A stretch of 64,000 bases of DNA from a virus (lineage: Duplodnaviria > Caudoviricetes). The translations under genes were made by a program, and so were the position numbers. Where the stretch lies: the IMG/VR virus record IMGVR_UViG_3300047280_000041, positions 7,629 through 71,628 of that record; one strand, written 5' to 3'. Shown here piece by piece: positions 45,983-55,417 of this stretch. The notes beneath the pieces are model-generated. The model was not told the origin of the DNA, ran no database searches, and saw only the letters and a list, made by a program, of their open reading frames with translations. Within the stretch, counting starts at the first letter, position 1. Every line of letters begins with the position of its first letter.

Positions 45983-46364
45983 TGGCTTCTGCCATCGCCA
46001 TGATGTGGTGGTCTTCCACTTTCTCTTGAAGCTTGGTAAACAAACCAACTTCAGCAAAAGCAATGCCGCTGGCAGGAGGCTGTGAATCAAAGATCTTTGG
46101 CCAGGCCTCATTGCGAACATGGGCAATTTGGCCAGTACGGACAGCATCAGCCAAGCCAGTTGGTTTGTTGCTGACTTCGATCATGGCGGTGTAGCCGTCG
46201 TCTCGAAGCTTCTGATGTTCTGGGCACATTAGCCAGCCGACAAACATGTGATTGGTGAGTTTGGGCGGCAAGCCCATTCGGGTTTGTACGAGAACGACTT
46301 CGTCGTGCTCTAAACCACACACTGGGCATACGTGGACGCCCATTCCTACGTGAGATTTGGTCAT
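45972..46364 (-). CDS. Hypothetical protein with CPVC motif
   Basis: KSHVGMGVHVCPVCG...LMCPEH; start at ATG 46364. Confidence 0.65.
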   Translation of the reverse strand: MTKSHVGMGVHVCPVCGLEHDEVVLVQTRMGLPPKLTNHMFVGWLMCPEHQKLRDDGYTAMIEVSNKPTGLADAVRTGQIAHVRNEAWPKIFDSQPPASGIAFAEVGLFTKLQEKVEDHHIMAMAEANGY

Positions 46365-46406
46365 GATCTGTCCTACAATGTGAGCATTCTTTCGAAAGGA
46401 ATTTCT

Positions 46407-46823
46407 ATGTCTGCTGGTGAAATGATCATGCGGTGCTTTCATGCCCGCACTGCTGCGCACGTTGCGCATTTGCAAACCCGTTCCTATGCGGAACACAAGG
46501 CTCTGAATGAGTTCTATGACGAGATCGTCGACATTGCCGACGACTTTGCTGAGACTTATCAGGGCATCTTTGGTTTGATTACAGAGTACCCAGGGCTTTC
46601 ATTGCCCACAGGTAAAGCTTGTGATTGGATTGAAGCTATGCGTGCTTGGCTCAAAGCTAATCGTGAAGCATGTTGCAAGGGTGAAACCACTCTTGAAAAC
46701 ATTCACGACACTCTGAGTGGCTTGTGCGCATCGACGTGCTACAAGCTGCGTTTCTTGAACAGCGGTGAGTCTGCTGAACATGAAGCCATGGAGCATGGCC
46801 TCATGAAGATGAGCAAGTGGTAA
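46407..46823 (+). CDS. Ferritin/Dps-like four-helix bundle protein (DUF5856-like)
   Basis: AHVAHLQTRSYAEHKALNEFYDEIVDIADDFAETYQG; AAAGGA RBS; the only + strand gene within the - strand block. Confidence 0.8.
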   Translation: MSAGEMIMRCFHARTAAHVAHLQTRSYAEHKALNEFYDEIVDIADDFAETYQGIFGLITEYPGLSLPTGKACDWIEAMRAWLKANREACCKGETTLENIHDTLSGLCASTCYKLRFLNSGESAEHEAMEHGLMKMSKW

Positions 46824-46839
46824 GCCACTTGTCCATTTG

Positions 46840-46867
46840 AAAGAGCCCTCTACGGAGGGCTTTTTTT
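46840..46867. terminator. Terminator between convergent genes
   Basis: aaagagccctc-tacg-gagggc-ttttttt. Confidence 0.85.
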
Positions 46868-47516
46868 ATGCGCGGCTGTCAAGCAATTCGACAATCGTAG
46901 CCAAGGTGCCTTGAGCTTCTAAGATCTTGTTTGCGATCTTTGCGCTCTTAGTCTTGACCGACTTCAGATCAGCAATCTCTGCTTCAATGGTTTTGATGGC
47001 GTCGATCAACTGATCGTCGTTCATAGACTTAACGTCGACGTTGTTGATGAAAGTGACGTTCTTGATGATGATTTTGTTAGACATGGGGATTTCTTTCTCT
47101 GGCTCGGCCAGTACACAGGGTTGAGGTTGGCTGATGAGGACTTCAGCACAGGGGTTGATGGTTGGTGCGGAGAAACTACGAACTCCGCGATCGGTGTAAT
47201 GCAAGCCAACAGTATTGAGGCTTTCCACGCTTTCTTGCCAGACGCGTTTGCCTGATTGTGTTGTTAAGGCCTTGCCATATCCACCTAGACGAAACCAGGT
47301 TTCCATGCAGATGTAGGCATGCTCCCATACAAGCAAATCGTTATCGCCAATAAGACGACGGGTCGGTACGATGAGTGATCTGATGGCAGCAGAGAAATCT
47401 CGAAAATGTCCGTCTCGAATTTTCTCTTTGAGACCGGGGACAGCTTTCGAATCATTCTCTAATGCCCAGACGTATTGCGTGACCAGGTGGTCAACACGAT
47501 CAACTACCGAGGTCAT
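46866..47516 (-). CDS. Hypothetical protein (possible internal start at 47084)
   Basis: ATGA coupling at 47513-47516; C-terminal coiled-coil domain preceded by an internal ATG. Confidence 0.55.
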   Translation of the reverse strand: MTSVVDRVDHLVTQYVWALENDSKAVPGLKEKIRDGHFRDFSAAIRSLIVPTRRLIGDNDLLVWEHAYICMETWFRLGGYGKALTTQSGKRVWQESVESLNTVGLHYTDRGVRSFSAPTINPCAEVLISQPQPCVLAEPEKEIPMSNKIIIKNVTFINNVDVKSMNDDQLIDAIKTIEAEIADLKSVKTKSAKIANKILEAQGTLATIVELLDSRA

Positions 47517-48052
47517 GGCGCAGCTTTCGCTGCAGCAATCTTGCCGGCGTTGCTCTTGGGCCAACCAGCCTGAACAAACTCAGAGAGCACGTTGGCAACT
47601 GCTGGGAGAGTCTTTGCTGCTTTGGCTTCTTCATCAGGCAGGTATGCACTGAACTCAGGCAGCGCTTCTTCGAGTTGCTTGCGTGTGGTACAGGCATAAG
47701 CCACACCTTTCAAGCGTGCCTCGAGCGAAGACATCTTTGTCTCCTGCTCTTTTTTCTTTGCACCGATGGCTTCAAGCTTGGTCCAGACCTTGTCATCATT
47801 TTTCAACATGCCGTAGTTTTTAATGCACTTCATGTAGATGTTGTTGATGCCAAAAGGCATGTTTACCGAGCCAGATTCAAACCACTCGGACTCGCATGCG
47901 AGGTCGTAATCGATGGTTGGGAAATCTTTTTTGAACATGGCACGCACGGTGTCACGAGCCAGCTTGTCTGCTTGCTCTTCGTAGTTGACCTTGGGCACAT
48001 CGTGCATGACTGCACGAATGAATCCGTCACGGAGGAAGTTGGTTAATCGCAT
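47513..48052 (-). CDS. Nmad5-like (nucleotide modification associated domain 5) protein
   Basis: MRLTNFLRDGFIRAVMHDVP N-terminus and TTRKQLEEALPEFSAYLP motif. Confidence 0.7.
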   Translation of the reverse strand: MRLTNFLRDGFIRAVMHDVPKVNYEEQADKLARDTVRAMFKKDFPTIDYDLACESEWFESGSVNMPFGINNIYMKCIKNYGMLKNDDKVWTKLEAIGAKKKEQETKMSSLEARLKGVAYACTTRKQLEEALPEFSAYLPDEEAKAAKTLPAVANVLSEFVQAGWPKSNAGKIAAAKAAP

Positions 48053-48061
48053 AGGAGTCTT

Positions 48062-48313
48062 TCAGGAGGAAATGATTTTTATGGTTTTGGCGAGAGCACT
48101 GTCGATTGCTTTGCGCAAATACGGCCGCTCTCTGGTGGCTTCGATGCGAAGCCAGTTTTCTCGCATAAACGGCATTGCCCCAACAAGCCTTAGCCACTGG
48201 TCGGTCGACCAATCTTCAGCGCCTTCGGTACTCGCTCCGCGTGAGATGCGTGTCTTGCCTTCAGCGTTGCGGTAGAACACGAGGACGGTTGTGATGTGTG
48301 GGTAAGAGGGCAT
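48062..48313 (-). CDS. Hypothetical protein
   Basis: 83-aa ORF with RBS. Confidence 0.5.
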   Translation of the reverse strand: MPSYPHITTVLVFYRNAEGKTRISRGASTEGAEDWSTDQWLRLVGAMPFMRENWLRIEATRERPYLRKAIDSALAKTIKIISS

Positions 48314-48317
48314 AAAG

Positions 48318-48338
48318 AAAAAGGCCCCGAAGGGCCTT
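48318..48338 (-). terminator. Rho-independent terminator
   Basis: aaaaaggccc-cgaa-gggcctt. Confidence 0.8.
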
Positions 48339-48340
48339 GG

Positions 48341-48478
48341 TTAATCGTTGTGCATGTAATGCAGCAACAGGTACCAGATGGCTAGGTGCGCCGCTGATTC
48401 ACGCAGAGTCTGGTTGTACAGCTTCTGGTAATGGCGGCTCCAGCCAAGGTTGTCGCTGCCAACGGGATGACGTTTCAT
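48341..48478 (-). CDS. Small hypothetical protein (45 aa, not in the ORF track)
   Basis: ATG overlaps the polymerase TGA; hand translation MKRHPVGSDNLGWSRHY... Confidence 0.4.
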   Translation of the reverse strand: MKRHPVGSDNLGWSRHYQKLYNQTLRESAAHLAIWYLLLHYMHND

Positions 48479-51114
48479 GCAGCCTCCTTTTGAGGGGAAC
48501 AGGTTTGAAGAATCGTGGCTTGATCCGCGTCGTTGGGTAACGTCGTGGGATGAGCCCAGTCTGGGTAGAAGATGTCGAGCGCAGCACCCAGCTTCACAGT
48601 CGGGTGTTGAATCTCAGGCAGCTCTTGCCAGCGCATGGACGCAATGAGCTCGCGGTTGGCCCACTCTACGATCTCCACATCGTTGCGGATGAGGATGTAG
48701 ATCGCGTCATGAATCAGAGCCACGGGCACAATGTCCAAGCGGTACTTGGATGCCCAGACCTTCTTCATGAACTCGACTGCAGCACGGTTGTTGAGCAAGC
48801 CATAGGACTGACCCAACGCGTTGCCGGCAGTGCGGCCTTCCGCTGCTGCTTCGTAGGGCATGCCTCGAGTGCCGTACACCACTTGCTTGAGCAGCGGTGT
48901 GCGCACACGTAGACCAAAGGCCACCTCCACGTAGCCATCCTGAGCTGCTTGCTTCAGACGTTGTTGCACGTAGGCATCACTCACCTGGTAGAGATCGTGA
49001 TAGCCCTTCTCGATGGCCTTGGCTTTGTCTTCTGGCCAACCAAGGTTGGACATCATGCCGTGATACGTGCCTCCGTAGGTAAGCAGAAAGGTGGGAGCCT
49101 TGCTGTCTTGACGGAGCTCCGGGTACTTCTTCTTCATTGAGTTGACCGAGACAGGATCTGTTGGATCAATATCAGGGCACTCGTCTCGGAAGTAGTACGC
49201 CGCGCGCAGGCAGTGACCATCAAAGCCTTGCTCATAAACAGCAAGCTTGTTGGGATCCTTGGTGGTCAGTGCAGAGATGTAGTCCTCAAGCGAGTTGAAG
49301 TCTGCACCTGCAAAGAGCCACCTAGGCGGGCTGACAAAGCATTCCTTGATGAGCTTTCCGTACACCGAACCAGCAGGGATGTTCTGCATGTTTGGATCAG
49401 ACGATGACAGTCGACCCGACACCGTGCCGCCGAGGTTGAAGGAGCCATGCAACCAGACAATATCGCTATCGTCTTTGGAGATGGCAGATTCAAACGCAGG
49501 GATGAATGTCGACAAGACCTTGGTGGCCTTGCCGTAGCCGATCAGACCTTCCAAGATGTCTTTGTACTCAGGCACCGTGGTGTGGTTGATCAGCTTTTCG
49601 ATCGTCTCTGCGCCCGTGGCAGGTTGCTTGGTATCTGTGAGGTCAATGACTGGCAAGCCCATCTGCTCATAAAGGAGCCGTTGAAGCTGAGGGCCAGAAT
49701 TAGGATTGAATTCCATCCCCACGAACGCAGAACGGTTCTTCGGAAGAATCTTTCCAGGATTCTTGGCTTTGGCTTTACGTAGTTCATAGTCCTTGTTCCA
49801 CGCCGTCTCTTGCAAGAGCAAGTTGAGCGCTTTGATGGTGTTGTTGCTGTTGATCTTGACCAGGTTGTCGAGCTGAATGCCAAAGAGCTTTTCCTTGACC
49901 TCTTGGATCTTGGTTCGACTCATGGGCATGCCTGTCAACTCGATCTGAATGATCAAGCGAAGGCTGCCCAGCATGAGCCCCTGATAGAGATCGTGCTGCA
50001 GATCACCCACCATGATGGGCCAGTACTTTTCAGCCACGTAGTTGGTTGAGAGTGCGTCAATCAGGTTGTACTGAAGCAACTCATCCAACGGGATGCGGCG
50101 GATGTCTTTGATGTCGTCTTTGGCCCAGTTGCCTGCAAACTCGTGAGCCAGTGACTTCAAGCCCAGCACGTTGCCGGCCGTGGAGTTGGTGGCCAGGTAC
50201 GCAATGATCTTGGTGTCATGGAAACGTCGAGTCATCAGCTCCAAGCCATCAAGCAAACCTGCTGTGTCCAGCAAGTTCTGCATGAAAAGCGTGTAGATGA
50301 TCACGCACACGTCGTAATCAGCTTTGTGAAAGATGAGCTCGCCTTGGTAAGTCGCAAAGAACTGCCGCAGCAATGAGCGCACACCCCGGTTGATGTGCTG
50401 TTTCCCGAACTGACCATGCGCAACTTCAAGCGTGTCGGTTTCTTCTGTGTAATCACAGGCGAATGCCACACCGTTGTGCTTGTCTTGAGCAAAAGCAATC
50501 GTGCCAATGCCAGCCGTGTTGAATGCCAGCGAGAAGGCCTCGATGTCACAACTGAGGCTTGTGTATTGGTGAAGCGATTCAAGCGCTGCAGCGATCTCCT
50601 CGATCGTTTTGGGGTACTGCGCGCTGTGGATGATGTCTGCACCGATGGCTTGGTAGTTGCCAGCGACGCTGGAAGCCAAGGTGTGCAAGCTCAGGTCCAG
50701 CTTGGTCTGCAACGCAGGGTTGTAGATCAGCTGTTGGTAGTTGAGGCTGAGCACCACGTTCATGTGCTCGTAGCCTTTGATCTTGCACGGCATCACGTAA
50801 CCCAGATGAGGCTCTGAGGTACCGACGCCGGCAAGCGTCTTGAAGTAGGCACCGTCGGTGACGAGTAGCTGCTTGACACCCAGGCTATCAAGCGCTGGCA
50901 GCAAGTTGGCCAGATACTCTTTGATGACCTTAGACGAAGCCTTACCGTTGTCGTCGTACTTGACGGTGAATGCAATCACGTTGTCTTCAGCGATGCCGCG
51001 CGCGACGAGCGGCTGAACGTAGTTGATGCGGAGCTCTGAAGCGTTGAATGCGGTGCCCTTGACGAGCAGCGCTATTTCATAGCTGTTGGCTTCTTTGAAG
51101 ATGATGTGTCGCAT
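48475..51114 (-). CDS. DNA polymerase, family A, with 3'-5' exonuclease (N4 gp39-like)
   Basis: SCDIEAF exo I, GRLSSSDPNMQNIP, ADFNSLE motif A, RQDSKAPTFLLTYGG motif B, LIHDA motif C. Confidence 0.96.
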   Translation of the reverse strand: MRHIIFKEANSYEIALLVKGTAFNASELRINYVQPLVARGIAEDNVIAFTVKYDDNGKASSKVIKEYLANLLPALDSLGVKQLLVTDGAYFKTLAGVGTSEPHLGYVMPCKIKGYEHMNVVLSLNYQQLIYNPALQTKLDLSLHTLASSVAGNYQAIGADIIHSAQYPKTIEEIAAALESLHQYTSLSCDIEAFSLAFNTAGIGTIAFAQDKHNGVAFACDYTEETDTLEVAHGQFGKQHINRGVRSLLRQFFATYQGELIFHKADYDVCVIIYTLFMQNLLDTAGLLDGLELMTRRFHDTKIIAYLATNSTAGNVLGLKSLAHEFAGNWAKDDIKDIRRIPLDELLQYNLIDALSTNYVAEKYWPIMVGDLQHDLYQGLMLGSLRLIIQIELTGMPMSRTKIQEVKEKLFGIQLDNLVKINSNNTIKALNLLLQETAWNKDYELRKAKAKNPGKILPKNRSAFVGMEFNPNSGPQLQRLLYEQMGLPVIDLTDTKQPATGAETIEKLINHTTVPEYKDILEGLIGYGKATKVLSTFIPAFESAISKDDSDIVWLHGSFNLGGTVSGRLSSSDPNMQNIPAGSVYGKLIKECFVSPPRWLFAGADFNSLEDYISALTTKDPNKLAVYEQGFDGHCLRAAYYFRDECPDIDPTDPVSVNSMKKKYPELRQDSKAPTFLLTYGGTYHGMMSNLGWPEDKAKAIEKGYHDLYQVSDAYVQQRLKQAAQDGYVEVAFGLRVRTPLLKQVVYGTRGMPYEAAAEGRTAGNALGQSYGLLNNRAAVEFMKKVWASKYRLDIVPVALIHDAIYILIRNDVEIVEWANRELIASMRWQELPEIQHPTVKLGAALDIFYPDWAHPTTLPNDADQATILQTCSPQKEAA

Positions 51115-51116
51115 TG

Positions 51117-51446
51117 TTATTCCTGTGCTGGAAAGCTGAGATATCGGTTTAAGCAGATGTCGAAATCATAGGGCGAGCCCCAGGTCTGAGAATCGTTGTC
51201 GTCTTCGCCTAAGCGAATAGCGCCGAACTCTTCCCAATCCATGGCGTTGAACCACGCTTCTATTTTTTGAATCTCGTCGTAAGTGCTGTACCACTTCCAG
51301 CTATCAAGCTCCCAGTAGACAGCTCCGAGGTCTTCGCTGACTTTGTACTCGATTTCTTTCAAGCAACTAGGGATCTCGGGTTTAATGAGATCCCGTGCCA
51401 GAACTTCTTTTTTGACCGCAATGACAATGGTTGATGTATACCCCAT
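51117..51446 (-). CDS. Hypothetical phage protein
   Basis: MGYTS...KWY...IRLGEDDND pattern. Confidence 0.65.
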   Translation of the reverse strand: MGYTSTIVIAVKKEVLARDLIKPEIPSCLKEIEYKVSEDLGAVYWELDSWKWYSTYDEIQKIEAWFNAMDWEEFGAIRLGEDDNDSQTWGSPYDFDICLNRYLSFPAQE

Positions 51447-51454
51447 GGGTCTCC

Positions 51455-51970
51455 TTAAATTAGCAAGTTAGTCACCATGCGAGTCTTCATCATGTCGATC
51501 GGTGTTCTGTTCTGTTCACGCAGTTCAATGACCTGGCTGTCTGACAATTTCTTGCCGTGACAAGGACAGGATGCAATCAGCTGTTCAATGGGTCGATGCG
51601 TTGATTCAGGAAGCAACCGCAGGTAGTCACCCAGATCATTCGATGCGTTTAGTACCTTGTTGATGTACCCAATCACATACGGCAGCTCTTTTTCATTGAG
51701 CTCTTTCAACTCTTGCAGGTATTCATCCATCATTGGACGCAGGTGTGGCATCAGGCGATTCCACACGCGGGGCAGAGGCCCGTTGTCACAGCTGTAGAAC
51801 TCACCCTTGTAGTTGAACGACTTGTGGCCGTGTCCTGCAAGGAGTGTGTTTCTGATGATGATGGTGTCAAGCCTGAGCTTGAATTGATTTTGTACTGGGG
51901 TGTACAGAAAATCGTACAGAGCGTCTTTGATTTGCTGCTTGGTTCGGGGGTCGTACTGCAGTTGTTCCAT
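51455..51970 (-). CDS. N4 gp38-like hypothetical protein
   Basis: Lies between helicase and polymerase; 171 aa. Confidence 0.65.
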   Translation of the reverse strand: MEQLQYDPRTKQQIKDALYDFLYTPVQNQFKLRLDTIIIRNTLLAGHGHKSFNYKGEFYSCDNGPLPRVWNRLMPHLRPMMDEYLQELKELNEKELPYVIGYINKVLNASNDLGDYLRLLPESTHRPIEQLIASCPCHGKKLSDSQVIELREQNRTPIDMMKTRMVTNLLI

Positions 51971-51984
51971 GGGAATCTCAGATT

Positions 51985-53241
51985 TTAGACAAGGTCTCCT
52001 GTAAGGAAAACCTGATGGCGGGCTCGGCTAATTCCGACGTACAACATACGGGCAATCTGATCACCACTGTTGCAGCGACGGATGTCGTCGAGGTCAACGA
52101 ACACACGGTCAAAGGTAGAGCCTTGGGCTTTGTTGATCGTGCAGGCATAGGCAGCACGCAAGTCAACCCATTGATTTTCGATCTCGGCAACTAGCATGTA
52201 CATGTTGTCTGCCTTGGCTTTGCGAATGCGAGCATTCTTGTCGGCCAACACATTGGGCATGAATGCAGACATATCGGCATCAAGCGTGAACCACTTGCCA
52301 GGGACATCGTGCAGCAAGATTTCAGCGCTGATGTCAGTAATCTGAACCAGCTGATCTGTCTTGAAGCTCTTGCCATTGCCAATCGTGATGAAAGAGTTCA
52401 CCACCGCGTAATCACCAACGGCAAAGTGAGGATCACCTTTGACGTGGTTGCGCACGAAATGGTTGTAGCCGATCACACACTTGTTGGTCCAAGCCAAGAC
52501 TTTAGAGTCTTGGTATCGCCAATCGGGTCGGGTGAATTCCTTTTCGATGGCTTCATTGAACGCAGAGCGCTCCATGTACTGGACGGCATTGCCATCTGGT
52601 GTGAAGCTGAAGAACTCACCGGTGTTGACTGTGTGACGAAACTTTGTCGACAGATCCACGATTGGATTGCCTTCAGCTTGTCGAACCACAGTGCTCAACA
52701 TGGCACCAGAAAAGTTGGCATCAAACACGGGAGTGCTTGTTGCTTTCACTGGAGTCAGTTGAGCAGGGTCACCAATGAAGACGATCTTGCAGTTGCGTGT
52801 CAGCTGAAAGATCATCTGCAGCAACTGCTTGTCGACGTAGCTGGCTTCGTCGATGAAGAGCAGGTAGCCTTCCAACTGCGTAGCACCGCGACGTGGGGTG
52901 AGAGTGGTCACCCCGGTCTTGAAGTCGGTGTTGACGCGCAGTCCCAGGAACGAATGAATCGTGCCGGCAGGAGTGCCTGTGATTTGCCCCAGGTTCTCAG
53001 CAGCCTTGTTGGTGGTGGCTGTCAGCTCTACTGTGTAGTCCTTGGTTTGTGGATCAATCAGCTTGGCTGCGCGGATGAACTTGGGGATCTCATCAATGAT
53101 GGTTCGAACCAAGGTGGACTTGCCACAGCCCGAGTAGCCAGAGAGCACGAATACCTGCTCAATTGGGTCAAGCAAGAATTTGTGAAACGCTTCAAGCGCT
53201 TTCTGTTGGTCGTCGGTGAGGGTGATTTGTGCGGTGGTCAT
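51985..53241 (-). CDS. SF1 Dda/RecD-like DNA helicase
   Basis: GYSGCGKST, LFIDEAS, IGDPAQL, VVRQ, TINKAQGSTF, YVGISRAR. Confidence 0.95.
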   Translation of the reverse strand: MTTAQITLTDDQQKALEAFHKFLLDPIEQVFVLSGYSGCGKSTLVRTIIDEIPKFIRAAKLIDPQTKDYTVELTATTNKAAENLGQITGTPAGTIHSFLGLRVNTDFKTGVTTLTPRRGATQLEGYLLFIDEASYVDKQLLQMIFQLTRNCKIVFIGDPAQLTPVKATSTPVFDANFSGAMLSTVVRQAEGNPIVDLSTKFRHTVNTGEFFSFTPDGNAVQYMERSAFNEAIEKEFTRPDWRYQDSKVLAWTNKCVIGYNHFVRNHVKGDPHFAVGDYAVVNSFITIGNGKSFKTDQLVQITDISAEILLHDVPGKWFTLDADMSAFMPNVLADKNARIRKAKADNMYMLVAEIENQWVDLRAAYACTINKAQGSTFDRVFVDLDDIRRCNSGDQIARMLYVGISRARHQVFLTGDLV

Positions 53242-53588
53242 GCAAATTCTTTGGTGGGTTGTGGCATTCGGCTGTCATGCAGCTCTTGCAACGTGATGTT
53301 TAAAAGGCGCGCTACTTTGATGTCTTCGTAGTGCGAATGTGCAAGCGAGGAGACGCGAATGCTGTCTTTGTCCAAAGGACCAATGAGAGGTTCTTTGCCG
53401 TAATCGTCATTCATCATTTCAGCGTCCTTCAACGCATTGATAAATGCAACGCCGGCGTCATGGGGCAGCACCAACTTCCGGTTGTACGAGAGCTCGACAA
53501 GAAAAAAGTTGGGTTGCTTTTTTGCGTTCACTTTCGTGATGGCCTCAAAGATTTCAGTTTTTGATTTCATAGTGGATGACCTTGCCAA
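53238..53588 (-). CDS. Hypothetical protein
   Basis: 116 aa, coupled to the helicase gene. Confidence 0.6.
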   Translation of the reverse strand: MARSSTMKSKTEIFEAITKVNAKKQPNFFLVELSYNRKLVLPHDAGVAFINALKDAEMMNDDYGKEPLIGPLDKDSIRVSSLAHSHYEDIKVARLLNITLQELHDSRMPQPTKEFA

Positions 53589-54699
53589 TCGGCGCAGTGA
53601 ATTCAGGGTTGTTGTAGATCAACCAAACGATCGGCACCTTGGTGGTGATTTCATCTGGCCAACGGAAATAGCCGTCGGTAAAGATCAGCAACAGCTGAGG
53701 CTTGTTGGCATTGGCCCACTCGAAAACAGGCTCGATCATCGTGCCGCCACGTCCAGTGAAATGGATGTGACGCATGTCAGTCAGATCGTTGATCTTGTCG
53801 ACTTGCTTGATCTCGGTATCGAACTGGCCAAACATGATTTGCTTTGGTTTCATCATTCGCATCACACCAGCCGTCTCTGACAGCTGAACGTGAAACTCGT
53901 GATCAGTCACTGAACCAGAGATGTCAGCAAAGGCAGCCAGGTCACAGAGGTTTTCTCCGTACATGCTGGGCAGGATGAACTGCGGGAAGAAACGACGGTT
54001 GGGCTTGCGAAAGCTGTAGTCGTTCTTCGAAAACGAGTTCATGAATTTCTGCAGGATGCGGTTCCACGGCAGCTTGGGGTTCAGCAAGCGATCCAAGAAG
54101 AGCTCGATCTCACCAGGGATAGACCCAGGCTTGTCGTTGCTCATTTTCGATTGCATGGCCGCGCGGCACAGGATGTCCTGGATGTCTTGCTTGAGCTGTT
54201 CCTTGGCTTCTGGAGTAGAGCCGCCTGCTGGTGACTGCAGATCTGGGCCAAAGCCTGGGACACCGCCTCCGCCGTTACCACCGCCTTCTTTGATGATGAT
54301 GTGGTAGACCTCTTCAGTGGAGAGGCCTGCGTAGTCAGGGTTGGCAATGCCGCACTGAGGCATCTTGAAACCACGGTCTTTCAACTGGAGGTTGATGACG
54401 TGGTCAGCGGCTGTGTTGAAGACATCAGGGCAGTAGCCGTCACCACGCTCCATGTGCAAGTAGGCACAGTGCATGGCTTCGTGCAGCATCAAAAACACCC
54501 GCTCTTCATGATCGAGGCTCATGAAGAAATCGGGGTTGTAGAGTACTTTCTTGCCGTTGGTCGCTGCAGTGGGAATCGAGTTGTCGAACTCGTGAATCAG
54601 CGAAAAGGCGAGGGTGGTAAAGAACGCTGAGTCAGGCTTGCTCATCAGAGCAATCTTGGCTTTGTTCAGCGCGTCTTGAGGAGTGAGTTCGTGAGTCAT
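53554..54699 (-). CDS. Metallopeptidase plus vWA domain protein (N4 gp25-like)
   Basis: LHEAMH HEXXH; DISGS MIDAS, QFDT, GRGGT, IFTDG. Confidence 0.9.
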   Translation of the reverse strand: MTHELTPQDALNKAKIALMSKPDSAFFTTLAFSLIHEFDNSIPTAATNGKKVLYNPDFFMSLDHEERVFLMLHEAMHCAYLHMERGDGYCPDVFNTAADHVINLQLKDRGFKMPQCGIANPDYAGLSTEEVYHIIIKEGGGNGGGGVPGFGPDLQSPAGGSTPEAKEQLKQDIQDILCRAAMQSKMSNDKPGSIPGEIELFLDRLLNPKLPWNRILQKFMNSFSKNDYSFRKPNRRFFPQFILPSMYGENLCDLAAFADISGSVTDHEFHVQLSETAGVMRMMKPKQIMFGQFDTEIKQVDKINDLTDMRHIHFTGRGGTMIEPVFEWANANKPQLLLIFTDGYFRWPDEITTKVPIVWLIYNNPEFTAPIGKVIHYEIKN

Positions 54700-54721
54700 A
54701 GGGCGTGCGAGCCCTATGGGC

Positions 54722-55189
54722 TCATTCCGGGTCAGGGTTGATAAGTTTTTTGGTTTGGTAAAGCTTGCCGTATTCGGCTTGATTGGCCCAAGGCAAAGGA
54801 GTCACGTTTTTGTGGTGATCCAAGATGTAAGCTTTAAGGGCTTGTGGATCATCCAACATTCCCATCATGCGTTGCAGATCAGGGTTTTTGTACTCGTCTG
54901 AGTAGTCGTTGCGCTGAACAGTGCCGTCAGGATAGAACCGACAAAAGTCGATACCTGAGGTGTAGTCACCGCCGTGATCCCATTCAGAATCAAAGGCAAT
55001 GCCCGCAGCTTGAAGCGCGTGTAAGAATGGTAGATCGCCATAGTTGACTTCAAAGAAATTGAAATAGACCAAAGGCAAAGTGCCTTTGATTTCTTCAGTG
55101 TGATCAGGCTCCCAGCCATCAAAAAACGCTTTAGCTTGGAGAGCTTGTTCTTTGAGCACAGTCAGGGTGACGGAGGTCCGATCACCCAT
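54722..55189 (-). CDS. Hypothetical protein
   Basis: 155-aa ORF with RBS. Confidence 0.6.
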   Translation of the reverse strand: MGDRTSVTLTVLKEQALQAKAFFDGWEPDHTEEIKGTLPLVYFNFFEVNYGDLPFLHALQAAGIAFDSEWDHGGDYTSGIDFCRFYPDGTVQRNDYSDEYKNPDLQRMMGMLDDPQALKAYILDHHKNVTPLPWANQAEYGKLYQTKKLINPDPE

Positions 55190-55193
55190 GGCA

Positions 55194-55379
55194 TCACCTC
55201 TTGCTGGCCAAGTACTTGGTCAAGCGGTCTTCCACATTGAGGTAGTACTCAGCCATCTTGCCGTGGTATTCGGCGGATGCTTTGGAGGTGAGGTAGCAAC
55301 GGCGTGCTTCCTCGAGAGATTCCATGGCCAATACTTCGGCCGATGGTTTCTTTAACAGTTTTTTGAGCGTAGCGAACAT
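55194..55379 (-). CDS. Hypothetical protein
   Basis: 61 aa from the ATG at 55379. Confidence 0.55.
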   Translation of the reverse strand: MFATLKKLLKKPSAEVLAMESLEEARRCYLTSKASAEYHGKMAEYYLNVEDRLTKYLASKR

Positions 55380-55392
55380 GCTGTCTTTCAAG

Positions 55393-55414
55393 AAAAAGCC
55401 ACCCGAAGGTGGCT
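55393..55414 (-). terminator. Rho-independent terminator
   Basis: aaaaagccacc-cgaa-ggtggct. Confidence 0.8.
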
Positions 55415-55417
55415 GGT

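Noticed and set aside
42549-46364. Separate satellite or prophage inserted in the phage
   Set aside because: Only one att copy was found, with arm repeats on both sides and no second junction; orientation and style match the host phage. Not fully excluded.
54695-54718. Perfect 8-bp hairpin catagggc-gtgcga-gccctatg
   Set aside because: A single instance spanning a start and RBS with no U-tract or GGA loop; could modulate translation, but there is no other support.
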